From Bacteroidota bacterium (GTDB taxonomy: Bacteria; Bacteroidota; Bacteroidia; Bacteroidales; UBA10428), in the NCBI GenBank assembly GCA_016699695.1, contig CP065006.1, positions 3,037,435 through 3,101,434 on the forward strand: a stretch of 64,000 bases of DNA, in the 5' to 3' direction. A model generated the notes under the pieces. That model did not search any database and was not told where the DNA came from. It was given only the letters and a program-made list of their open reading frames with translations. A program made the position numbers and the translations under genes. Below, one piece after another: positions 30,647 through 40,048 of the stretch (position 1 is the first letter of the stretch; each line of letters opens with the position of its first letter).

Positions 30647-32290
30647 TTATGCTTTTTCGTATTGAAGCGTTTTAGTAGGTGCATCGCACACTTCAGTTGG
30701 CCCGAAATATTGTATTGGACCGGGATATACATAAAGAGTCTGATTTGCCCAATCAGCCCTATGTTTTTCGAATGCCTTAAATGGTGCACCGTTCAGGTCG
30801 ACAAGGGCTTTCTGAATTACGGGTTTCATTTCGCCATGACGACGCTCCATGTTCATCATCATGGTAACTGGTATGCCACCAGCAATCCATTTGTCAGCAG
30901 GAGCAGTGAGGTTTCTTACTGAGGCCATGTAACCGGTTTTTTCCTCGCCAATAAGCACTGCTGCAGTGTAACCAAGCGAATAGGTATAGTCGGCATCGAA
31001 GTTCGAAGGAGCTGCACAGCGGCCTTCGTATCCGAAGAAGTGGTTCTGGGCAGCAAACTTGCCGTTGTATTGGTTGTTCTTTTGCATTTGTTTCAAGCGG
31101 GTCTCAACCATTTCGATGAGTAATTTCTCGGTTTCGATCTTCGATACCTGCACATTGCCATGAGGGTCGCGATCCATAATAAGCTGGTCGGCAATGTCGG
31201 TAGGCAAGCTGCTATAAACTCCTGACAATTCTGAAGTTAGTTCGGCCGCAATAAATTTTCTTTTCTCAAGTTTGGTTTCCAGTTTGCTGAACTCATTTTC
31301 TTTGTGCGCCATGACATCGTTCAATTCGGCCATGAGTTTTTTCATTTCCGGTATGAATTCAATCAGCCCTTCAGGGATGAGTACTGTACCAAAGTTCTCT
31401 CCATTGGCGGCACGTTTGGCTATTACCTCTGCAATAGAATTGACAATTGCCACGAGGGTTTGCTTTTTTTGTTCAACCTCTTCAGAAATCAGTGTGATAT
31501 TTGGTTGGGTTTGCAGGGCACATTCGAGACCGATGTGTGAAGCCGAGCGACCCATGAGCTTAATGAAGTGCCAGTATTTTTTAGCTGAGTTGGCATCGCG
31601 CTGTATGTTGCCAATCAGTTCGCTGTATACTTTGCAAGCAGTGTCGAAACCAAAGGATGTCTCTATCATCTCGTTTTTAAGGTCGCCGTCGATGGTTTTG
31701 GGGCAGCCAATTACCTGAACACCGGCATCTATTTTTTTGTAATACTCGGCCAGCACGCAGGCATTGGTATTGGAGTCGTCGCCACCAATGATAACAAGTG
31801 CTTTGATGCCAAGCGATTTGCAATTGCCTAGTCCCTGATCGTATTGCGATTCTTTTTCGAGTTTGGTTCGGCCCGATCCAATAATGTCAAAACCTCCTGT
31901 ATTGCGGTATTCGTCTACTACTTTTGAAGTGATTTCCATGTATTTGTTATCGACAAGCCCGGATGGTCCGCCCAGAAAACCATAAAGCTTGTTGTTTGGG
32001 TTAAGTGATTTTAATCCATCGAACAAACCGGCAATTACATTGTGCCCGCCTGGTGCTTGACCACCCGAAAGAATAACGCCTACATTAATTGCCTGGTAGC
32101 TTTTTTTTGCACCCGGTTCGAACGTAAGCAGCGGCATGCCATAGGTATGGGGAAATAATTTAGCGATTTCGGCCTGATCGGCTATTGACTCAGTTTTTTT
32201 TCCTTCAACAACTTTTACTTGTCCTTTGAGTGATGAGGGTAGCTTGGGATTGTATTGTTCCCTGGCTTTTTGCAATGCACTTTTAATCAT
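30647..32290 (-). CDS. pfp: Diphosphate--fructose-6-phosphate 1-phosphotransferase (long PPi-PFK type)
   Basis: 547 aa with GGQAPGGHNVI, IIGGDDSNTNA and CPKTIDGDLKN. The Asp/Lys signature is typical of PPi-dependent enzymes. Confidence 0.85.
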   Translation of the reverse strand: MIKSALQKAREQYNPKLPSSLKGQVKVVEGKKTESIADQAEIAKLFPHTYGMPLLTFEPGAKKSYQAINVGVILSGGQAPGGHNVIAGLFDGLKSLNPNNKLYGFLGGPSGLVDNKYMEITSKVVDEYRNTGGFDIIGSGRTKLEKESQYDQGLGNCKSLGIKALVIIGGDDSNTNACVLAEYYKKIDAGVQVIGCPKTIDGDLKNEMIETSFGFDTACKVYSELIGNIQRDANSAKKYWHFIKLMGRSASHIGLECALQTQPNITLISEEVEQKKQTLVAIVNSIAEVIAKRAANGENFGTVLIPEGLIEFIPEMKKLMAELNDVMAHKENEFSKLETKLEKRKFIAAELTSELSGVYSSLPTDIADQLIMDRDPHGNVQVSKIETEKLLIEMVETRLKQMQKNNQYNGKFAAQNHFFGYEGRCAAPSNFDADYTYSLGYTAAVLIGEEKTGYMASVRNLTAPADKWIAGGIPVTMMMNMERRHGEMKPVIQKALVDLNGAPFKAFEKHRADWANQTLYVYPGPIQYFGPTEVCDAPTKTLQYEKA

Positions 32291-32492
32291 GGTGTTGTAT
32301 GTTTAATTATGATATTTGTCAATAAACTATTTGAGGCTGCAAAATTGCACATATTTTTATTAAAATGGAATTTATATGCTTCGATTTTTAGCCAGACGGA
32401 AAGGGACTGCAAATCATGCGAAACAACAGTCCGAAATATGCTTCGATGATTTTACAATAAATATATTGTGCTAAATTTAGCCCAACCTAAAA

Positions 32493-33875
32493 ATGAATAC
32501 AATGCAAAAAACTTCTATGAGGCAGTCAGGAATCCGTTGGGTTGTGCTGCTCGTGATTAGCTCCATAATGGCTGCCAATTATTTTTTCTACGATGTACTT
32601 TCTCCTTTACAGGGAAAGCTTCGGGAGGTGTTTGGCTTTTCGAACAGCGAATATGGTTTTTTGGTATCGGCTTATTCCATATCCAATGTTTTTTTGCTGA
32701 TGGCCATTATTGGTGGGATTATTCTGGATAAAATAGGTATCCGAATTACTGGTTCGCTATTCGTAGGTTTTATGGCAGTTGGCTCGCTTCTGACCTATTA
32801 TGGTTCGACCGATTATTTTAACCAGGGAGGCATAGCCTATAATTTTTTCAACTCATTTTTGGTATCCTATAGCCCGGCATTAAAAATGATGACCTTTGGA
32901 TTTTTTCTTTTTGGACTGGGTGCCGAAACCAGTATTGTGGTGATCAGTAAGATTATTGTAAAATGGTTTAAAGGAAAAGAACTTGCTTTTGCTTTGGGTC
33001 TCAATATTTCAGTTGCCCGTATGGGTACTTTAATGGCTTTTCTGTTTTCGGCTTCACTGGCCGATTCGAATCCCTGGAACAAACCTATCTGGCTTGGTGC
33101 AATGGCGCTATTAATAGGAGCTCTCGCTTATGGTATCTATATTATGTTCGACCTTAAGATTGACCGCGAAGCTGAGTTGATTAAAGAACGCAGTGAGCAG
33201 GAAGAGTTTAAACTTTCGGATTTAAAGGATATTATTAAGATTCCTGCCTTGATATATATAACCTTGCTTTGTGTTACCTTTTATTCGGCGGTTTTTCCAT
33301 TTCTGAAATATGCACCTGATATGCTGGTAAACAGGTTTGCCTTTACTCCTCAAAAAGCAGGTATGATAGCTGCAATTCTGCCAATGGGGACCATTCTTTT
33401 TACACCCTTGTTTGGATTATTTACCGATTACAAAGGCAAAAGCGCTTCGATTATGATTCTTGGCTCGCTTCTTATTATTGTGGCTCACCTGATGTTTGTT
33501 TATCTTCCACTTAATCCATACGTACCTATGTTTATTCTGGGTATTGGTTTCTCACTGGTTCCTGCAGCTATGTGGCCCAGTGTGGCTAAAATTGTTGATA
33601 ACAATAAAATTGGAACAGCCTATGGGTTTATGTTTTCTGTTCAGAATTTAGGTTTGTGGTTGTTTGCAATACTTATTGGCCTGGTACTCGACGTTTCGAA
33701 CCCTGGTGTGACACAGGAGCTTGTAAAAGACGGACTGGCAAAATACGATTATACCAAACCCATACTCATGCTTGTATTTCTGGGCATACTGGGTATATTG
33801 TTTGCAATGCTCCTGCGTCGCGAAGACCGAAAAGCAGGGATTGGCCTGGAGAAACCCAATGTGAAAAAAGACTAA
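32493..33875 (+). CDS. MFS transporter
   Basis: 460 aa with about 12 hydrophobic segments and a central charged loop. Confidence 0.8.
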   Translation: MNTMQKTSMRQSGIRWVVLLVISSIMAANYFFYDVLSPLQGKLREVFGFSNSEYGFLVSAYSISNVFLLMAIIGGIILDKIGIRITGSLFVGFMAVGSLLTYYGSTDYFNQGGIAYNFFNSFLVSYSPALKMMTFGFFLFGLGAETSIVVISKIIVKWFKGKELAFALGLNISVARMGTLMAFLFSASLADSNPWNKPIWLGAMALLIGALAYGIYIMFDLKIDREAELIKERSEQEEFKLSDLKDIIKIPALIYITLLCVTFYSAVFPFLKYAPDMLVNRFAFTPQKAGMIAAILPMGTILFTPLFGLFTDYKGKSASIMILGSLLIIVAHLMFVYLPLNPYVPMFILGIGFSLVPAAMWPSVAKIVDNNKIGTAYGFMFSVQNLGLWLFAILIGLVLDVSNPGVTQELVKDGLAKYDYTKPILMLVFLGILGILFAMLLRREDRKAGIGLEKPNVKKD

Positions 33876-34402
33876 TGACGAGTAAAACCATACAAAAGGC
33901 TTTTTCCTATTGCCCGATTTGCCAATCAAACAAATTAGAGTTTGACCAGATAAAAAAATACACTTGTACAGCATGTGGATGGGAGTTCTACCAAAACACC
34001 GCTGCTGCAGTAGCATGTATCGTCGAAAAAAACGGTAAGGTGCTTGTGGTAGAACGCAACAGAGAACCCGGCAAGGGTATGTTCGATTTTCCGGGTGGTT
34101 TTGTCGATCCCGATGAAACTGCCGAAGAAGCTGCCTTACGAGAGCTGAAAGAGGAGCTTGGTATTGAACCAGAAAACCTCCGGTACCTTGGTTCGGCCCC
34201 TAATCATTATGTGTACAAGGGAATTGAATACACTACCTGCGACCTGTTTTTTGTGTGTGAACTCAAGCAGCCTAACCTGAGCCTGGATATTTCTGAAATT
34301 GCTTCGGTGCACTGGCTATCGGCTGAGGACCTGGATGGCGAAAAATTTGCATTTGAATCAATGCGTAAGGCTTTAGTGCTCTATCGGAATCAGGCAATAT
34401 AA
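33875..34402 (+). CDS. NUDIX hydrolase with N-terminal Cys4 zinc-ribbon
   Basis: The start is at ATG 33875 and overlaps the MFS stop (TAATG). CPICQ...CTACG ribbon and Nudix box GGFVDPDETAEEAALRELKEELG are present. Confidence 0.8.
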   Translation: MTSKTIQKAFSYCPICQSNKLEFDQIKKYTCTACGWEFYQNTAAAVACIVEKNGKVLVVERNREPGKGMFDFPGGFVDPDETAEEAALRELKEELGIEPENLRYLGSAPNHYVYKGIEYTTCDLFFVCELKQPNLSLDISEIASVHWLSAEDLDGEKFAFESMRKALVLYRNQAI

Positions 34403-34440
34403 TACTTTATGTAATTGTATACTCAACAAAGAGATAAATT

Positions 34441-35361
34441 ATGATTGACGTTTCTATTATCACACTCAACTACAATAGTACGGCTTATACACTTCAGTGC
34501 ATCAAATCGATTGAAGAAAAGACTGCTGAGCAAGTGAATTTTGAAGTTGTAGTAGTGGATAACCAGTCCGATGAGGACAATTATGCATCCTTAAAACGTG
34601 CTTCATTCAAACCTAACGTCCGGCTTGTTTTTAGTAAGCAGAACCTTGGTTTTGCCGGAGGAATGATGCTGGGACTGCAGCATGCTTCGCCAGCCCGGTA
34701 TTACCTTTTCCTGAATAACGACTGTGTATTTGAGAACGATTGCCTTTCGGTATTGCTTGATTTTATGAATCGTGAACTCAAAGCCGGTCTGGTTACTGCC
34801 CAGATGTACAACTCCGAAGGCAGGCAGGTCCACTCTTTTACGCATTTTCAAACACTTACTAAAATGCTTTTTGGTGTTGGTTTGCTTCGTTTCTTTCATC
34901 CCAACAGGTATCCGCACCGAAAGGGCATTTATACCCAACCTCTGAAGGTAGATACCATTGCAGGAAGTTTTATGTTTTTCAGGGCCGAGACTTTATCCCT
35001 CACCGGTGGGCTCGATACCCGCTATTTTTTGTATTGCGAAGAAGAAGATGCTTCGATGCGCACCAAACTTGCCGGATATGAGGTTTACCTGGTTCCTGAA
35101 GCCCGGTTTACACACTTCGAAGGAAAAAGTACCGTCACCAATTTTGCTACCAAACGAGAATACTTTATTTCGTTAATGCAATACCAGCAGAAATTCTTTT
35201 CCAAACCGGTGCAACTTGTTTTTCGCTTGCTTTATGCCGTCAAGGTTGGGAAAAAGTTTTATAAGGATTCAAAATACTTGGCGCTTGCTTGGTTTATTTT
35301 CAACGGAGCTAATCCTTCGAAGAGCCTGCGTTACAAGCAAAGCATCAATCTATCGAGGTAA
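34441..35361 (+). CDS. Glycosyltransferase family 2
   Basis: 306 aa with SIITLNYNS, VVVDNQSDED and NNDC blocks typical of the GT2 fold. Confidence 0.85.
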   Translation: MIDVSIITLNYNSTAYTLQCIKSIEEKTAEQVNFEVVVVDNQSDEDNYASLKRASFKPNVRLVFSKQNLGFAGGMMLGLQHASPARYYLFLNNDCVFENDCLSVLLDFMNRELKAGLVTAQMYNSEGRQVHSFTHFQTLTKMLFGVGLLRFFHPNRYPHRKGIYTQPLKVDTIAGSFMFFRAETLSLTGGLDTRYFLYCEEEDASMRTKLAGYEVYLVPEARFTHFEGKSTVTNFATKREYFISLMQYQQKFFSKPVQLVFRLLYAVKVGKKFYKDSKYLALAWFIFNGANPSKSLRYKQSINLSR

Positions 35362-35391
35362 AGCAAATCTTTTTTCTACAGCATCAGAAGC

Positions 35392-37098
35392 CTACGAGCA
35401 TAAGAATTTTCCTACCGAAGAAAGAAGATCGATTTTCTGATAGGGTTTGGCCAGAAAATGATCGCACCCCGAATCAATTACATCCTGCTGTTGGCTGATA
35501 AGCGCGTGGGCTGTTTGTGCAATGATAGGTATGCGGTGGTTGTGGTTTTTTATGATCGAAATAGCTTCGTAACCATTCATTTCGGGCATTTGAATGTCCA
35601 TTAATACCAAATCTATTTTTTGGGGATGGTTAAAAATGACATTCACTGCTTCGAGGCCATTTTTTGCTCTTAAAATAGTAGCCTGGGTATCTTTTAGTAT
35701 GGTATGAATATAAATGTAACTCGAATCTTCGTCTTCGGCCACTAAAATGGTTTTATCGGGAAAAGTATATTGTTTCTGTTGACTCTCCTGACTGAGTGGC
35801 AGGTTTTGTTGAAGAGTCTGGCTCTCGAGGTAGGGGATTTCGAAGTGTAAACCAGTGCCCTTTCCAGGTTCAGATTCGAGCCATATTTTACCACCAAATT
35901 TTTCGACAAGGTTTTTGGAGATAAATAAACCGAGACCAGCTCCGCGAAAAATTTTATTTTTTAATTCTGCTTTTCTGAAGCGATCGAAGATGTATTCCTG
36001 AGCCTCTTTATCGATACCGATACCCGTATCTTTTACAAAGAAGTGAATAAGTGGCTTGGTTGTTCCGGTTTGTTCCAGGCGATAGCCATAACACACATGG
36101 CCTTGCTCGGTAAATTTAAGGGCATTTCCGATAAGGTTCGATAAAATTTGGTGCAACCGGATTTTATCGGTTAAAATTACTGGACTATACTGCGGCAGGA
36201 TGTCGGCATATAGTTTAAGGTGAGACTTGTCCATACCTGCTTTTTGCTCGTGGAAGATGGTATGGATTTCTCCCAGAATCTGGTTTAATGAATGGCTTTC
36301 GTATTCAATCGAAACCTGGTTGGCTTCTATGCGCGATATATCAATAATGTCGTCGATAAGCCTTAAAAGCGAATTGGAGTTAAGCACAATCTGGTTTTTA
36401 AACTCTTCGCGTTCTTCGTCGCTGAGGCTGTTGTCCGAAACAAGCAACTCCGAAAATCCAATGATGGCATTCATGGGTGTGCGTATTTCGTGAGAAACAT
36501 TCGATAAAAAGGCTGATTTCAACGCATCACTTTCTTCGGCTTTTATTTTAGCTATTTCGAGTTCGCGGGTGCGCTCTTTTACCAAAGATTCCAGGTTCTC
36601 TTTATGCATTTGAAGTTCGCTGGTACGCTCCTTTACTATTATTTCGAGGTTTTCGTTCAGCTGGCTCAATTCTTTGTTTTTACTTTTAAGATCATCGAGC
36701 AGCTTGCAGTTTTCTTGTTTTAAATCGTAAAGCCGAATGGCATTGTCAAGAATCACTTTTACTTCATCTTTTTCCCATGGCTTGCGGATAAACTGAAAGA
36801 TACGCCCCTTGTTAATAGCCGCAATAATATCCTGTACTTCGGTATATCCGGTCACCACAATGCGAAAGGCTTTTGGGAATTCAATGGCTGCTTTTTCCAG
36901 TATCTGCACCCCGCTGATTTGGGGCATACGCTGGTCGGAGATGAGAACCTTTATGGGGTTCTCGTGTAAAATCTTCCATGCATCCTCTGCGTTCTGGGCA
37001 ATATGCACCTGGTAATGTTTACGAAAGGCGTATTTAAAGCCTGAGAGGTTTTCCATTTCATCGTCGATGTATAAAATGTGGCTGAGAGGAGTATCCAT
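35392..37098 (-). CDS. Hybrid sensor histidine kinase with N- and C-terminal receiver domains
   Basis: 568 aa in the order REC (ILYIDDE...SDQRMP), coiled coil, HisKA (SHEIRTPMNAIIG), HATPase (GAGLGL), then REC (ILVAEDE...MDIQMPEMNG). Confidence 0.9.
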   Translation of the reverse strand: MDTPLSHILYIDDEMENLSGFKYAFRKHYQVHIAQNAEDAWKILHENPIKVLISDQRMPQISGVQILEKAAIEFPKAFRIVVTGYTEVQDIIAAINKGRIFQFIRKPWEKDEVKVILDNAIRLYDLKQENCKLLDDLKSKNKELSQLNENLEIIVKERTSELQMHKENLESLVKERTRELEIAKIKAEESDALKSAFLSNVSHEIRTPMNAIIGFSELLVSDNSLSDEEREEFKNQIVLNSNSLLRLIDDIIDISRIEANQVSIEYESHSLNQILGEIHTIFHEQKAGMDKSHLKLYADILPQYSPVILTDKIRLHQILSNLIGNALKFTEQGHVCYGYRLEQTGTTKPLIHFFVKDTGIGIDKEAQEYIFDRFRKAELKNKIFRGAGLGLFISKNLVEKFGGKIWLESEPGKGTGLHFEIPYLESQTLQQNLPLSQESQQKQYTFPDKTILVAEDEDSSYIYIHTILKDTQATILRAKNGLEAVNVIFNHPQKIDLVLMDIQMPEMNGYEAISIIKNHNHRIPIIAQTAHALISQQQDVIDSGCDHFLAKPYQKIDLLSSVGKFLCS

Positions 37099-37103
37099 GA
37101 GAT

Positions 37104-39596
37104 TTATGAGAGTTTATTCTGAGTTTCTGAGAGTGTGTTATTTTTTATCGGTAGGAATAGACTAAAATTTGTACCAAGGCCTGGTTTACTACTTACCTCG
37201 ATGTATCCCTTATGCATTTGTATTATGCTGTAAACAATAGACAAACCCAGACCAGTGCCACTTCCAACCTCTTTTGTTGTGAAAAAGGGTTCATAAATGC
37301 GTTCCATCACATCCTGGCTCATTCCTTTTCCGGTATCGCGAATTTCGACTTGCACAAAATCTATATGCTTTCGGCTAGTTGTTCGGGTGCTTATTTCAAT
37401 CTTTCCTTCATTCTCAATGGCCTGTATCGCATTAATCAAGATATTTAGTATTACCTGATTGATTTTTCCTGCGATGCAGGGAATGGGAGGAATCTCTCCG
37501 AAATTTTTAATGATCTGTATGCGGTCTTTGTGGCCTCGGCCTAACAATACAATAGCCGATTCTATATTTTTATGCAAATCGGTGTCGGAGAAATAGTCTT
37601 CGTCCATTCTTGAAAAGGTCCTCAGACTGGAAACAATTTCCCTGGTGCGGTCTACACCCATTTTAATGTTGCCCGTGAGTTCATCGAAGCCAATTAGCAA
37701 ATCGTTGTAACCGATTTTTTCCTTTATGCGGTTTATTTCACCCTGGTCGAGCCGGTCGGCCTGTTTTTCATAAAAACTCATCAGGTAATGGAAATCTTCC
37801 AGAATATCTTTCAGACCTTCGATACTGGAACTAATAAAGTTTACAGGATTGTTTATTTCATGCGCAATACCTGCGGTAAGCTGCCCCAGCGAAGCCATTT
37901 TCTCCGAAGCGATAAGTTTCGATTGAGTTTCCTGCAGCTTTTTTAAGGCCTTTTCAGCCCTATTTCGTTGTTTTTCCAGTTCGCTATTGGCGTTTGTAAG
38001 GGCCTTGGTTTGTTGAGACAACACCATTGCCTTTTCTTCAATTAATCGGTTTTTGTTTATAATATCCAATTCAGCCTCTTTGAGTTTACTGATGTCTGAG
38101 TCTATGGCAATGATTTTTGTGATTTCTCCAGCTTCGTTTAAAATTGGTGTCAGGGTCGATTGAAGCCATTTTACTTTCCCGACTTCGGTTTCGACATAGG
38201 AATTGTAATTGACAGGTTTTTTCGATTTCAGGCAGTTAGCAAAAATTTCTCGTGCATTGGGCGAATTGCTGGCACTTAAGAAGTTTTTTCCTTTCTCTTC
38301 AATAAATTCAGAAAGTTTATGACCTTGTAAGCGTTCGAAAGCATTGTTGGCCCATTCGATGTTGCCAAGCTTGTCGAGAATGAGCACTGCATTGTCAGTT
38401 TTTTCAGCTACAAGGGAGAGTTTCTCCAGCTCGAGGTTATTCATCTGCAATTCTTCTGCCTGAAATTCAATCTGTTCTTTCTGAAGTATGATTTGCTGGT
38501 TTCTTAGTTCGAGGTCAATGTTACGAATGGTTTTTGTTTTGTAATTGCGGTATACCAACAATATGAGTACCAGTAGCACTACAATAAACGCCAAAAAAAT
38601 GAACAGAGCAGTGCCCTGCGATTGAATTTTACTACTCTGAAGTTTTAGTTTTTTTTCTTTTTCCTGAATCAGGCTCATCAGCAGATTAAGGCTTTTTTCT
38701 GTTTTGACTAATTCCGATTGTTTTTTGGCCAAATCGATATCGAGGGTAGATATTTGTACGTTTTTTATGCTCAGGGCCAGGTTGATACTATCAAGCTTTT
38801 GTTGACTTACCCTGGCCTGTGAAGATAGAATAGCAAGCTGGCTGTTAAGTTCCCTAAGAATGTTGTGTTGGTCGTGGATATTGCCAATCTGAAATTGGAT
38901 GATATGGTTCAGCGAATCGATACGAATAAGAAGTTCTTTTTGCCTTTCTTTTAATTCACTAATCTCTTGTGTTTTCCGATTGAGTTCTGTTTGAAGAGCC
39001 AATGAGATTTTTTTTTCGGCTTGGAGAAATTGTTCACTTTCTTCGTAAAGACCTAACAAATCTGCATTGGTGCCACCCCTACAAACAAGTGTAGCCGATA
39101 CTTTAAATCCTAAAGCTTTCAAACGCGAATAGTTCAGTTCGAAATCTACAGTTTCGTCCGGACGATAAATAAAATTCAGCATGGAGAGCTCGATATGGCT
39201 GGCCTGGTCTGTAATCAGCAGCACATTTTTTTTGCCAATTATTGAATTTATGCTGGTAAGCTGCGAATTGTTTTCGTTACATACCAAAAGCAGGTTGATT
39301 TTTTCAGGAAGTTTACCTGGTTTTAATTGCAGCACCTTCACTGGTTTCTCACCTTGCGAAGGTGCCTCCAGCTTTTTCAAACTTTGGAACAGTACCTTAT
39401 CTTCGCCCATGAAACCCATTGTAAGGGTATCGGTAATATCAAAATCAGAATGATGAATGTGATTTAGGATGGTTGAAATCAGTGCTGCTTTTGCGTCTGA
39501 ATCGCTGTATTTCTCAGCTTGCCGGGCATTGGTTGATTGCATCAGAAAAATGCAAATACAAAAGAATAAGGCTTTTGAAAATGCCTGCAAAATCAT
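37104..39596 (-). CDS. Sensor histidine kinase with YfiR/DUF4154-like N-terminal domain, long coiled coil, TM, PAS, HisKA, HATPase
   Basis: 830 aa with a signal-like N-terminus and a YfiR-like pattern (KAALISTILNHI...LLVC...VLLITD...VDFELNYSRLKALGFKVS). HEINNPVN H-box and GTGLGLS G-box are present. It ends 5 nt before the next kinase gene. Confidence 0.8.
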   Translation of the reverse strand: MILQAFSKALFFCICIFLMQSTNARQAEKYSDSDAKAALISTILNHIHHSDFDITDTLTMGFMGEDKVLFQSLKKLEAPSQGEKPVKVLQLKPGKLPEKINLLLVCNENNSQLTSINSIIGKKNVLLITDQASHIELSMLNFIYRPDETVDFELNYSRLKALGFKVSATLVCRGGTNADLLGLYEESEQFLQAEKKISLALQTELNRKTQEISELKERQKELLIRIDSLNHIIQFQIGNIHDQHNILRELNSQLAILSSQARVSQQKLDSINLALSIKNVQISTLDIDLAKKQSELVKTEKSLNLLMSLIQEKEKKLKLQSSKIQSQGTALFIFLAFIVVLLVLILLVYRNYKTKTIRNIDLELRNQQIILQKEQIEFQAEELQMNNLELEKLSLVAEKTDNAVLILDKLGNIEWANNAFERLQGHKLSEFIEEKGKNFLSASNSPNAREIFANCLKSKKPVNYNSYVETEVGKVKWLQSTLTPILNEAGEITKIIAIDSDISKLKEAELDIINKNRLIEEKAMVLSQQTKALTNANSELEKQRNRAEKALKKLQETQSKLIASEKMASLGQLTAGIAHEINNPVNFISSSIEGLKDILEDFHYLMSFYEKQADRLDQGEINRIKEKIGYNDLLIGFDELTGNIKMGVDRTREIVSSLRTFSRMDEDYFSDTDLHKNIESAIVLLGRGHKDRIQIIKNFGEIPPIPCIAGKINQVILNILINAIQAIENEGKIEISTRTTSRKHIDFVQVEIRDTGKGMSQDVMERIYEPFFTTKEVGSGTGLGLSIVYSIIQMHKGYIEVSSKPGLGTNFSLFLPIKNNTLSETQNKLS

Positions 39597-39778
39597 GAGA
39601 ATTGGGTTGATGTTGGCTCAACAAGATAATTATATTTTGGTACAACTGACGGGTAGTGTGTATAAAAAGCATTAACAAAATGGATTATATCATATTTTAA
39701 CCTGGTTTTAGGTTTGGGCTAAAATATTGAAAGTCAATTAAAAAACTGAAACGAAAAATTGTCAAAATATTTATTGGT

Positions 39779-39799
39779 TTAATTCTACTTTAACAGATT
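39779..39799. repeat. Left terminal inverted repeat of the IS
   Basis: TTAATTCTACTTTAACAGATT is the exact reverse complement of 41263..41283. Confidence 0.9.
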
Positions 39800-40048
39800 A
39801 AACAAAACCCTTGTAAACATTGATATTTCAAGGAAATTCAGTATCTTCAATGCACAGAAAAACAGGCTTATCGTTCCGAAAAATGTTTAATACAACGTAA
39901 AAATAATAATCGATATGGAAAAACACTGACCTCTGTAATAGAGCGAGTTAGTGTTCACCTTAATGATTATCAGCATGTATTTTGTAATTCAACAAAGAAG
40001 TTCTTTGACAAAGCACAGCAATATTCATTAGGAATAATACAAAGTCAG

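Noticed and set aside
33656-34402. The long 248-aa version of the NUDIX ORF, and similarly the 10795 start of the DUF4831-like gene, the 42965 start of the membrane protein and the 52838 start of the reductase.
   Set aside because: The N-terminal extensions overlap the preceding genes or lack sensible sequence. Internal ATGs give canonical N-termini (zinc ribbon, lipoprotein signal and so on).
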